From Gluconobacter sp. (GTDB lineage Bacteria; Pseudomonadota; Alphaproteobacteria; Acetobacterales; Acetobacteraceae): a DNA stretch of 64,000 bases. Of this stretch, positions 56,241-64,000 are shown piece by piece. The notes below the pieces were generated by a model. The model did not search any database, was not told where the DNA came from, and worked only from the letters and a program-made list of their open reading frames with translations. The position numbers and the translations under genes are program-made. Each line of letters starts with the position of its first letter. The stretch's first letter is position 1. Where the stretch lies: assembly GCF_047722525.1 (NCBI RefSeq), contig NZ_JBDNYY010000011.1, forward strand, positions 6,019-70,018, given 5' to 3'.

Positions 56241-58754
56241 TTAGAAGGTCAGCCCGGTCTGGACGTAATACATTCCGCCGTTGAAGCCATAAGGCGAGTA
56301 GTAGGCGTATTTGTATTCATTGAAGAGCGGTGCGGCCGTCGCCTTGGGAACGCGGGTCGGGTATTTGTTGCCCAGGTTGTTTGCGCCCACGGTGACGCTC
56401 CATTTCGGCAGGATCTTGTAGCTGACGGACATGTTGGTCAGGAACGCCGGGCGCTGCTCCATCGGGGCCGCCGTGGGGCTGGCGAGGAAGATGATGGAGC
56501 CGTAGCGCTGTTCCTGCACCATGACGTTCCACTTGCCGTAGTTCCAGTTAACCGTGAGGTTCTCGCGGTTCTTGGGGGCGGAGTGCAGAAGCATCTGTTC
56601 GGCGTAGGTATTGAACGTGGAGAGGCCCATGTTGGCCAGAACGGCCGGCGTTTTGTTGCGGCTGCGGATTTCGTTGTCGGAGTAGTTGAACGTGAAATCG
56701 AAGCGGAATGTCCCTGCCCGTTTGGTGTGCAGCGTATAATTGGTGTCGACGTCGCCGCCATAGGTCTGGGTGTTGACGGGGTTCGTGTAATACGAAGCGT
56801 AGGTGACGTTGTTCAGACCCGAGGCGGCGAGAATGTCGGCGACGCCTGCGCCGCCAAGGGTGGTGGTGCTGGCCAGACGGTCATTGATCGCGATGTAATA
56901 AAGATTGGCCGTGACGTTCCAGTCCTTAAGAGGGGTCGCGTCAATGCCGATGCTGTAGTTGCGGGAATATTCACCCTTGATGTGGCCGGCCCCGAGGGCC
57001 TTGGCGGCGTTACTGCTGTTGGGGAGCTGGTCCACGGCATAGTTGGCGAAAGGCGCGTTGTAGAAATAATAGGTCTGGCCCAGCGTTGGCGGACGGTAGC
57101 CGGTATTGATGCTGGCGCGGATCGCCCAGTGCTTGTTGAAGTTGTATCGCGTCCCGATTGATCCGGTTGTGACGGTGGCGAGGTGGCTGTAGCTCGTGGC
57201 GCGGCCGCCGAGGGACCATTCCCATTTTTTCGTGACGTAGAAATCCAGATTGACGTTGCCGTCATAGATGTCGCGGCCACGGTTGGTGACGGCCAGTGGG
57301 ACGTTACCCGCATGGTCCGTCGCGCCGAGACCGATCCAGGAGGCTTCTTCACCGCCCGTCATCTGGAAGGTGTCGCGCCGGTATTCTCCGCCGAAACGCA
57401 GGGCGATCGGCTTGGGAAGCCACGATGTATGAAAGAAACGGGAGCCGCGCAGGCCGGTTGAAATCTCAGAGGTTATGGTCTTGCCGTCATAGAAATCGCG
57501 CGGGCTGGCATCGCCGAGAGACATGTTGTTGCTGTCGAGCGTCGAGTAGGCCTGATCATCACGTCCGTAATTGACATAGGCATCCCAGGCGAAACCGAAT
57601 TTGTGCGCCTTGATGCCATTGTCTGTTTCGAAATCGTACTGGTCCATGCCGATATAGGGCTGGGCGCCGTTGGGCCAGAGATTGATGTTGGTCAGGCTGT
57701 TTCCGGCGCTGCGATAGGTCTCGGCCACATGGGCCTTGCGATGGCTGAAGGTCGATGTGCTGTAGAGATTGAGATTTTCTCCGAGCGGGACCGACATGTT
57801 TTCGCTGAGGGTTTCCAGTGTCGATTTCGGGATACCCAGACCGCGCTGTACGTCACGGCTGGCCGTTTCGTTGCGGGAATCACCAACGGGATAGAGCTGC
57901 CCGACGAAGAGGCCGCTGCGGTTGGTGGGAAGCTGGTGGGTGACCTGCGCGGCAAGATCGAGATAGCCGCCGCTTTTGCCAAGTGCTGTGGCCCAATCCG
58001 CATAACCGTTCAGCGCCTGTCCGTCGCCGGCGTAGAAGCCGCTGTTCTGGAAGTTGATGGAGCCGCCATGGGTTCTCTGTTTGAGAACGATATTGACTGC
58101 ACCTGCGAGGGCATCCTGACCATAGAGTGCCGATGCGCCTTCGGTAATGACTTCGATATGGTCAATGGCCGAAATCGGGATCAGGGAAATATCTGTCGGC
58201 TCTGTGCCCCAGTTCGGACCGGCATTGGCGTTGAAGTTCGCGCCGATATGGCGGCGATGTCCGTTGACGAGGATCAGCGTATCATCGGCCGACTGTCCGC
58301 GGAGCTGCATGGTCTGGATGAAGCCGCTGTTGCCAACGCCGGACTGGGGCGGAGAGGTAATGGACGCGGAGGCCTGGGCGAGCGCCTGCATGACGTTTGT
58401 CTGGCCAGTGGCCAGGAGCTGGCTGCCCGAAACGACCGTGACCTGTGTGGTGCTGTGGACGGGGGTCGATGTGGTCATCACGGACTGTCCGGTGGGCGCT
58501 GTGCCCGTGACGCGCATTTCTTCCGGTCCGGATCTCGAAATGATTGACGTCCGGCGGGCGGCGGGGGCCTGCCGGACCGGGGTTGCTTTCGCTGGTGATG
58601 CCACGGAATGCCGGTGAGGCTTCGCGGAGGAGTGTGTGGGCGTTTTTGCCAGAGCGCTCGAACCCAGCGCAGGCGGGTAGAGTGATACGAGCGTACTTAA
58701 GGCTGCGCCGCACATCAGGAAAGCCTTGGGTCCAAAACACTTGCTCATGGGCAT
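56241..58754 (-). CDS. TonB-dependent outer-membrane receptor (paralogue of 36777-39338)
   Basis: 837 aa with a signal sequence and a His/Pro/Ala-rich linker. The plug is MQLRGQSADDTLILVNGHRRH and IPISAIDHIEVITEGASALYGQDA. The C-terminus is GGMYYVQTGLTF. Confidence 0.9.
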   Translation of the reverse strand: MPMSKCFGPKAFLMCGAALSTLVSLYPPALGSSALAKTPTHSSAKPHRHSVASPAKATPVRQAPAARRTSIISRSGPEEMRVTGTAPTGQSVMTTSTPVHSTTQVTVVSGSQLLATGQTNVMQALAQASASITSPPQSGVGNSGFIQTMQLRGQSADDTLILVNGHRRHIGANFNANAGPNWGTEPTDISLIPISAIDHIEVITEGASALYGQDALAGAVNIVLKQRTHGGSINFQNSGFYAGDGQALNGYADWATALGKSGGYLDLAAQVTHQLPTNRSGLFVGQLYPVGDSRNETASRDVQRGLGIPKSTLETLSENMSVPLGENLNLYSTSTFSHRKAHVAETYRSAGNSLTNINLWPNGAQPYIGMDQYDFETDNGIKAHKFGFAWDAYVNYGRDDQAYSTLDSNNMSLGDASPRDFYDGKTITSEISTGLRGSRFFHTSWLPKPIALRFGGEYRRDTFQMTGGEEASWIGLGATDHAGNVPLAVTNRGRDIYDGNVNLDFYVTKKWEWSLGGRATSYSHLATVTTGSIGTRYNFNKHWAIRASINTGYRPPTLGQTYYFYNAPFANYAVDQLPNSSNAAKALGAGHIKGEYSRNYSIGIDATPLKDWNVTANLYYIAINDRLASTTTLGGAGVADILAASGLNNVTYASYYTNPVNTQTYGGDVDTNYTLHTKRAGTFRFDFTFNYSDNEIRSRNKTPAVLANMGLSTFNTYAEQMLLHSAPKNRENLTVNWNYGKWNVMVQEQRYGSIIFLASPTAAPMEQRPAFLTNMSVSYKILPKWSVTVGANNLGNKYPTRVPKATAAPLFNEYKYAYYSPYGFNGGMYYVQTGLTF

Positions 58755-58789
58755 CCCCTTTGCCTGCCGGGAACGGCACGGCAGATCGT

Positions 58790-58825
58790 GTTATATGCTT
58801 TTCATGAGCAAATCACACATATAAC
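58790..58825. promoter_or_regulatory. 8-bp inverted repeat GTTATATG-N20-CATATAAC in the receptor / LysR divergent spacer
   Basis: Read directly: arms at 58790-58797 and 58818-58825, with an inner TGCT-N7-AGCA. It lies between divergent starts at 58754 and 59001. Assigning it to LysR is inference. Confidence 0.3.
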
Positions 58826-59000
58826 GGAACGACAACTAAAATGTTGCCTTGTGGGAACGGAGTCGGGATTCCCATGGACAGGGCCCTGTTTCAGCGCTGG
58901 AGCGGGTTTCTTTCCTTCCGGATTTTGAAGAAGCGGATTGAATGGCAAAAAAAAATGTCAGATAATCTTATTGAGAGAAAACTTTTATGTCTGTTCAGTC

Positions 59001-59891
59001 ATGATCTCGGAACTCAGAACATTCGTCGTTGCCGCACAGACGGAAAGTTTTGCCGCGACCGCCAAGGCCGTTGGTCTGACCCAGTCAGCGATCAGCGCCC
59101 AGATCCGCCGACTGGAAGAAGAACTCGGCTATGATCTCTTTGAACGTTCGGGGCGGTCCGTGACGCTGACGGCGGCGGGGAGCCGCATTCTGTGTCAGGT
59201 GGAGGATATTCTTGCGTCCTATGGAGCGCTTCGGGAGGGAGGGCGAGTCAGGGCGGAGAATGCGTTGCTGAGGATCGGGGCGATTTCCACTGTTCAGACC
59301 AGTCTCCTCGCTCCGGCGATTGCAAGGCTGCATCTGGAGCTTCCGGATCTGAAGGTGCGGATTGTTCCGGGTGTTTCGATGGGGCTTCTGGATCGTCTGG
59401 ACGCGGGGGAACTGGATGCTGCGCTGATCGTGTGTCCGCCTTTTGGGTTGATGCCTCATATGCACTGGCATCCCATCGTGAGACAGGATTATGTCATGGT
59501 GGTGCCGGCGCATCTTGAAGGGGAAGACTGGCGTCAGATTCTGGAGACGCAGCCTTTTATCCGATATGACAGCCGGTCTTTCGGGGGGCGTGCGCTGGAC
59601 CGTTTTCTGAAGGCTCAGGGGATTTCTCCGCATCAGGTGATCGAAACGGAAGATCTCCATACGATCCTGCAGATGGTCGCCAACACTATGGGCTGCACGA
59701 TCATTCCTTATATCTTTGCGGTCAGTGTCGTTCCGAATATCCGTGTGCTACCTCTGGGAGAGCAGGGGATTTCACGCGAAGTGGGGGTCATGACGCTGCG
59801 CGGTCGGAGGGTGGAAGGGCTGGAAGCGCTCATCCGTTATCTGGACGAGGCTTCGCGGGACAATGCACCGCCCCGGCCCCGAACACCCTGA
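59001..59891 (+). CDS. LysR-family transcriptional regulator
   Basis: I prefer ATG 59001 (MISELRTFVVAAQTESFAATAKAVGLTQSAISAQIRRLE). It is divergent from the receptor-pxp-acc operon. Confidence 0.9.
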   Translation: MISELRTFVVAAQTESFAATAKAVGLTQSAISAQIRRLEEELGYDLFERSGRSVTLTAAGSRILCQVEDILASYGALREGGRVRAENALLRIGAISTVQTSLLAPAIARLHLELPDLKVRIVPGVSMGLLDRLDAGELDAALIVCPPFGLMPHMHWHPIVRQDYVMVVPAHLEGEDWRQILETQPFIRYDSRSFGGRALDRFLKAQGISPHQVIETEDLHTILQMVANTMGCTIIPYIFAVSVVPNIRVLPLGEQGISREVGVMTLRGRRVEGLEALIRYLDEASRDNAPPRPRTP

Positions 59892-59898
59892 GGCAAGA

Positions 59899-61230
59899 TC
59901 AGGAATCCATCTGCCACAGAAGAACAGGGGCTTCGCGGGTTCCGCCCATTCTGAGCATGGTTCCAAAAGGCGCTGAGAGGGCTGCGAATTTTTCCAGGAT
60001 CTGCCGGCCTTCTTCTCCCTGCGCCAGAGAAGGCACTCCGCGTACATGCGCGGCCAGGCCGAGACTGAGGGTGATCGGATGGATTTCCAGGCTCTCCAGT
60101 TTTCCGTTCTGGTAAATGCCGATCGGCATGATCGTCTCCCAGAAGCGTGCTTCGGCGGGAAAGCCCTTGGCATCGTTGTTGCTCCGGGCCTTGTAGAGCT
60201 GGTGAGGCGTCAGGTCCGGGCTGACGCGGTTCGCCATGTAGGACTCCACCGGAAGGCGTTCCACGAGTTCATTCTGGCCGATGAAATTGCCCAGACTGTA
60301 GAAAATGGGCTTTCCGTTATGGATTTCCATGCCGCGGAGCAGGTGTGGACCGTGGCAGGCGACAATATCGGCACCGGCATCAACGGCCTGACGGGCTGCA
60401 GTGACGAGGAAATCGGCCGGGATTTCAACGTCAAGCTGACCTTCATTATTGTAGCCGCTTTCATGGGCGTGGATGCTCAGGATCACGGTGTCGGAAACCA
60501 TCCGGGCTTCGGCGATCCAGCGGCTGATGGCTTCGAGATCTGTTGCATTTGGCGTGGTGACGACTTTCGTTTCGTCACCTTCCCGGAAATTGAGGTTTTC
60601 AAAGGCGAGGACGCCTTCGGACGCGGGGAAGGCAAAACCAAGCTGGATCTTGTCGTCCTTGACGCGCTGTAGCCCAAGTTTTCGATAAATATTTCGCAGA
60701 GAGGCCATTTCGTCTGCAGAAACATGATGCATGGTGCTGTAGCGAAGCGGGTTAATGCCGGGGCGCCCCTGCATCACGGTAGTCTGCGCGGCTGCTTCCT
60801 GTCCCCTGGCGAAGGTGGAGGTACAGGAGAGCATGGCGACTGTGCCGGTCGGGTGGGTGAAATAGGTCGGGCGGCGTGCATCTTCCAGATGGGTGCCGAT
60901 GCCGGCGTAGCGCAGTCTGCGGCTGTTCAGTTCGTCCAGCGTCTTGCGCAGGCCCGAGATGCTGTAATCCAGCGAGTGGTTGGTGGCGGCGGCGAAAAGA
61001 TCAAAGCCGGCTACACTCAGTTCATCCAGCACCCAGGAGGATGCCCCGAAATGGGTTCCTCCCATGTCCAGCGCCGGATCGCCCACAAAGTCGTTCGGAA
61101 CCAGTTCAAGATTGGTGAACGAGATGTCGCAGGCCCGGATCATGTCGAAAAGTGGAGAAATTCTGGGATCAGTCCGGCTGTTGAGTTGCCGAAAGAGAAT
61201 ACTGTCACCTGTCAGGCAGATTTTCATCAA
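59899..61230 (-). CDS. CapA-family (PGA_cap, metallophosphatase-fold) protein
   Basis: 443 aa. ICLTGDSIL, ISFTNLE, FAAATNHSLDY, AGIG, and SIHAHESG...ACHGPH resemble the poly-gamma-glutamate CapA/PGA_cap domain. Confidence 0.7.
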   Translation of the reverse strand: MMKICLTGDSILFRQLNSRTDPRISPLFDMIRACDISFTNLELVPNDFVGDPALDMGGTHFGASSWVLDELSVAGFDLFAAATNHSLDYSISGLRKTLDELNSRRLRYAGIGTHLEDARRPTYFTHPTGTVAMLSCTSTFARGQEAAAQTTVMQGRPGINPLRYSTMHHVSADEMASLRNIYRKLGLQRVKDDKIQLGFAFPASEGVLAFENLNFREGDETKVVTTPNATDLEAISRWIAEARMVSDTVILSIHAHESGYNNEGQLDVEIPADFLVTAARQAVDAGADIVACHGPHLLRGMEIHNGKPIFYSLGNFIGQNELVERLPVESYMANRVSPDLTPHQLYKARSNNDAKGFPAEARFWETIMPIGIYQNGKLESLEIHPITLSLGLAAHVRGVPSLAQGEEGRQILEKFAALSAPFGTMLRMGGTREAPVLLWQMDS

Positions 61231-61362
61231 AACAGTCCGGGAAAGCAGTTATTTTTGAAAGAAGAGGCTTTGTGGAAGTATGGTTATAGAAGATTGATGC
61301 CCTGTCCAGTTGTGGGGTGCTTGTTAATATGATGGTTTTATCATTTTCTTCATATGTAAAAA

Positions 61363-62274
61363 TCATGTTTCCTGTTTTTGTCTTTCGGGTTTTCCTTCTG
61401 GGGGCGGCGGGAGTGGCGTCTGCAGGATTTCCATCAGGCGATTGACCAGCCGTCGTCGCGGTGAATTGCGCTGGATGAGAAAACCGAGATTTCGGCATGG
61501 AGCCGGAGCAGGGAGCGGAATTTTCCGGAGGTGGAGTCCCGCAGGCCAGGGAAGGGCCCAGTCTGGGACGAGGGAAACGCCTGTTCCCTGATGTACGATG
61601 ATGGCGATGGCGTCGAGGGAGTCAAGTTCGAGACGTTCATGGGGCCAGATCCCAGATTTTCGCAGATATTCATCGGCAAGGCGGCCGCCCCACTGGTTGC
61701 GGTCATAGCGGATGAAAGGGTGGTTTCGGAGGATTTCGTCAGGGTCCGTTGCGGACAGGTTGCCAGGCGCCAGTACGATCAGTGGTTCGGAGCGCAGGGT
61801 CTGCCAGACACAGGTTTTGGGAATATCAAAAGGGGGTTCGACGATGAAGGCGGCATCGATATTGCCCTCCAGAACCGCATTGTGCAGGCCGGATGAGGAT
61901 CCGGGCGTGATATGCAGTTCAATGTCGGGAAAACATTCGAAAAAACGTTTGAGATAGGGCGGCAGGAGGCCGTTTGCGGCGCTGGATATGGCGCCGATCT
62001 GAAGTTTTCCAACCGGCGTATCGCTGGTGGCGATGGCGCAGAGGTCGCGCACGCTCCTTATGATTGCGCGGCTCTGTTCGATGATGGCCAGACCCTGTTC
62101 GGTAGGGCGGACGTTGCGTCCGTCGCGCTGCACGATGGGGCAGCCTATTTCGTCTTCCAGCGTGCGGATGCGCTGGGCGACGCTGGCAGGTGTGAGGCGG
62201 AGCTGTCGGGCCGCGGCAGCCAGTGACCCCTGTTCGATGACGATCAGGAAGCTTTCGAGGAAGCGGGTGTCCAT
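61363..62274 (-). CDS. LysR-family transcriptional regulator
   Basis: The HTH is FLESFLIVIEQGSLAAAARQLRLTPASVAQRIRTLE. The protein is 303 aa with a Pro/Lys-rich tail. It is co-directional between the M24-like and CapA-like genes. Confidence 0.9.
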   Translation of the reverse strand: MDTRFLESFLIVIEQGSLAAAARQLRLTPASVAQRIRTLEDEIGCPIVQRDGRNVRPTEQGLAIIEQSRAIIRSVRDLCAIATSDTPVGKLQIGAISSAANGLLPPYLKRFFECFPDIELHITPGSSSGLHNAVLEGNIDAAFIVEPPFDIPKTCVWQTLRSEPLIVLAPGNLSATDPDEILRNHPFIRYDRNQWGGRLADEYLRKSGIWPHERLELDSLDAIAIIVHQGTGVSLVPDWALPWPAGLHLRKIPLPAPAPCRNLGFLIQRNSPRRRLVNRLMEILQTPLPPPPEGKPERQKQET

Positions 62275-62315
62275 GAGCGGTTCTCCGAAGGGGCTGTCAG
62301 AACGGGCGGCTGTGG

Positions 62316-63566
62316 TCAGAGCCTGTGTAAAACGGGGCGGATGCGGCTGAGTCTTTCCGGTTCTCCATCCTGGATGACGAAGGTCTCACCGACACCGGCG
62401 GCCAGGCCGCTTTCGGCGTCTCCCAGCATGATGTGAACGAACAGGACCATCCCTTTTTCGAGCAGAAGAGGGTTACCGGAATAGATCATGGGAGGTGCGT
62501 CCATCCATGAGGGGCGGAATGTTGCCCCCAGTGAATATCCGCAGGCTGAAAATCGTGCACGTTCATAGCCGAAGTGATCAAGCGTGCTGCGATGGATGTC
62601 ATCCAGTCGGCCGATCGGTTCGCCGGGGCGGGCGGCCTGAAGAACTTTTTCAAGAGCTTCGACCGTGGCTGCATGCATGTGCTCCTGCTTCGCAGGGACC
62701 GTCCCGATCGTTACGGTATGTTCCGTGCAGACATTGTAGCGGCGGTAGGAGGCTGCCAGCTCAAGGACGATTTGGTCCATGTCTTCCAACTGGCGCGCGC
62801 TTCCGAAGCCCCGTCCGTAGATCGCGCGCGGGCCCGTGTTGACCATCGGGCCTGCGGCGGGCATGTCTCCGCCCCCATCCAGCATGGCGCTGACACCGGC
62901 TGCCGTGACTGAACTGTCCAGCACGCCCGGTCTCGCCGACCGGATCATGGCCTCGACCGCATCATCGGCCAGTCTCGCCGAACGCCGGATCAGCCTGAGT
63001 TCCGCTTCGGATTTGATCAGCCGCTGCTCTCGCACAATGGCGGAACCGTCTTCCAAGATAAACCGGCTGCCGAGAGTCGTGCGCATGCTTTCCCAGTTGA
63101 ACCCCGTCAGGCCATAGGTGGCCAGTTCCACGCCGAGGCGTTCGCCTTCAAGGCCCAGATCCCTGAGGATTGTGGCGAGTTCCGCAGCCGGATTGGCATC
63201 GTTCGCATTGTACCAGATATGGATGTCTTCGTAGAGAGAGGCGCGAAGGGCCTGGCTCTGGTCCGGTCTGCGGGTCAGGAGGGCCACGGCTTTTCCCTCT
63301 GCGGTAATGATGCCGCACTGGAAGAACACATAGCCCGCAGTGTCGAAGCCCGTCAGGTAGAGATGGCTTTCCTGTGCGAAGACCAGAAGGGCCGAAAGAC
63401 CGGAGTCCCGAAGCTTCCGTCCCGTCCTTTCCAGTCTTGTACGGTATTCGTTTTCGGGAAAGGTCAGGGAAACCGTTCTGCCGGAATCCGTTTTCCCGGA
63501 ATGGCCCAGCGATGTGTCGGATGCGAACATACGGGAATCTCCCAAAATTTCCGTCAGGATTTTCAA
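62316..63566 (-). CDS. M24-fold (creatinase/prolidase-like) hydrolase with non-canonical metal-ligand positions
   Basis: It has a Creatinase_N-like N-terminal half (LSALLVFAQESHLYLTGFD) and a pita-bread C-terminal half. A by-eye alignment to E. coli PepP places E, C, Y, H, E where D, D, H, E, E are expected. The start may be MFASDT at 63530. Confidence 0.7.
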   Translation of the reverse strand: MKILTEILGDSRMFASDTSLGHSGKTDSGRTVSLTFPENEYRTRLERTGRKLRDSGLSALLVFAQESHLYLTGFDTAGYVFFQCGIITAEGKAVALLTRRPDQSQALRASLYEDIHIWYNANDANPAAELATILRDLGLEGERLGVELATYGLTGFNWESMRTTLGSRFILEDGSAIVREQRLIKSEAELRLIRRSARLADDAVEAMIRSARPGVLDSSVTAAGVSAMLDGGGDMPAAGPMVNTGPRAIYGRGFGSARQLEDMDQIVLELAASYRRYNVCTEHTVTIGTVPAKQEHMHAATVEALEKVLQAARPGEPIGRLDDIHRSTLDHFGYERARFSACGYSLGATFRPSWMDAPPMIYSGNPLLLEKGMVLFVHIMLGDAESGLAAGVGETFVIQDGEPERLSRIRPVLHRL

Positions 63567-63635
63567 AACGAATCCGGAAAGAAACAGAACCGTTTCTTTT
63601 ATCTGGACTTAGCATTGGGACTCTGCTGGGATGCA

Positions 63636-63649
63636 AGTGGAATACCACT
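63636..63649. promoter_or_regulatory. Palindrome AGTGG-aata-CCACT 20 nt upstream of the GntR gene (candidate GntR/FadR-type operator)
   Basis: Read directly from nt 63636-63649. It fits the loose GntR-family GT-Nx-AC pattern and lies in the spacer between the divergent M24-like and GntR genes. Confidence 0.35.
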
Positions 63650-63669
63650 GAAATGCCGGTAAAATCGTC

Positions 63670-64000
63670 ATGTCATCCACAATTCTGGATCTTTCTGCGG
63701 ATGGGGTGTCCGTTTCTCTGACGGAACTCGCATACCAGAAGCTTCGCACCTACCTTCTGGAGGGCGCGATTCCGGCGGGAACGCTGATTGCGGAACGGCG
63801 CTTGGCCGAACAGATGGGTCTTTCCAGGACACCAGTGCGTGATGCCCTGAGTCGGCTTGAGGGGGAAAGATTCCTTTCCCGTAACGGTCGGATGCTGTTT
63901 GTTGCCACGATTTCAGTGAAGGAAATCATTGACATCCTTTCGATCAGGCGACTGCTTGAAAGCGATGCAGCGCGACTTGCGGCCCGGAACATGCCGCTCG
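63670..64000 (+). CDS. GntR-family (FadR/FCD-type) transcriptional regulator, N-terminal part (runs off the right edge)
   Basis: Absent from the ORF track because it has no stop in the window. My translation from ATG 63670 is MSSTILDLSADGVSVSLTELAYQKLRTYLLEGAIPAGTLIAERRLAEQMGLSRTPVRDALSRLEGERFLSRNGRMLFVATISVKEIIDILSIRRLLESDAARLAA, a classic GntR wHTH. Confidence 0.85.
   Translation, partial: MSSTILDLSADGVSVSLTELAYQKLRTYLLEGAIPAGTLIAERRLAEQMGLSRTPVRDALSRLEGERFLSRNGRMLFVATISVKEIIDILSIRRLLESDAARLAARNMPL

Noticed and set aside
58947-58955. An A9 homopolymer upstream of the LysR gene, considered as a possible phase-variation tract.
   Set aside because: It is intergenic, short and single. It does not lie between recognisable -35 and -10 elements that I can identify, and nothing else suggests contingency-locus behaviour.

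Overview
This is a 64-kb stretch of a GC-rich (roughly 60% by eye) proteobacterial chromosome. The gene content and the abundance of TonB-dependent receptors fit an alphaproteobacterium such as an acetic-acid bacterium, but I cannot establish taxonomy from the sequence alone. It is densely coding, with about 56 protein genes. I recognise no rRNA, tRNA, CRISPR array, transposase, integrase or phage gene, and nothing resembling a known defence system. There are three thematic blocks. (i) nt 1-19650 is a sulfur-scavenging island: two sulfonate-type ABC importers with three binding proteins, three flavin-dependent monooxygenase-type enzymes, two candidate flavin reductases, a CxxC peroxiredoxin-like protein, and a LysR-controlled operon (SsuD-like / 2-hydroxyacid dehydrogenase / class II aldolase / Gln-type thiol dioxygenase / 4x rhodanese). 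A TonB-dependent receptor sits at its end. (ii) nt 20686-31914 is a complete reductive pyrimidine catabolic locus: PreT/PreA, dihydropyrimidinase, M20 carbamoyl-beta-alanine amidohydrolase, an NCS1 permease and a RutR-like repressor with a near-consensus RutR box. It is extended by a MocR-regulated omega-aminotransferase plus a tautomerase-superfamily protein carrying the malonate-semialdehyde-decarboxylase catalytic residues. (iii) nt 32089-64000 is a mosaic of small, individually regulated uptake and catabolic modules: three more TonB-dependent receptors, four MFS transporters, and LysR x3, MarR and GntR regulators. This block has a recurring lactam / 5-oxoproline flavour, given by a DUF1445 hydro-lyase, HyuA/HyuB, PxpABC, CapA-like and creatinase-like M24 genes. 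My best candidates for an undescribed system are: the eight-gene operon at 50319-58754 (receptor, MFS, PxpB/C/A, biotin carboxylase, BCCP and a lysine-less BCCP paralogue), which looks like a split biotin-dependent LamA/LamB-type lactam system; the five-gene organosulfur operon at 9911-15040; and the aminotransferase-MSAD extension of pyrimidine catabolism. All calls rest on by-eye motif recognition and hand translation. No database search or alignment program was run. Family names, especially DUF numbers, need confirmation, and most functional statements beyond family level are inference.
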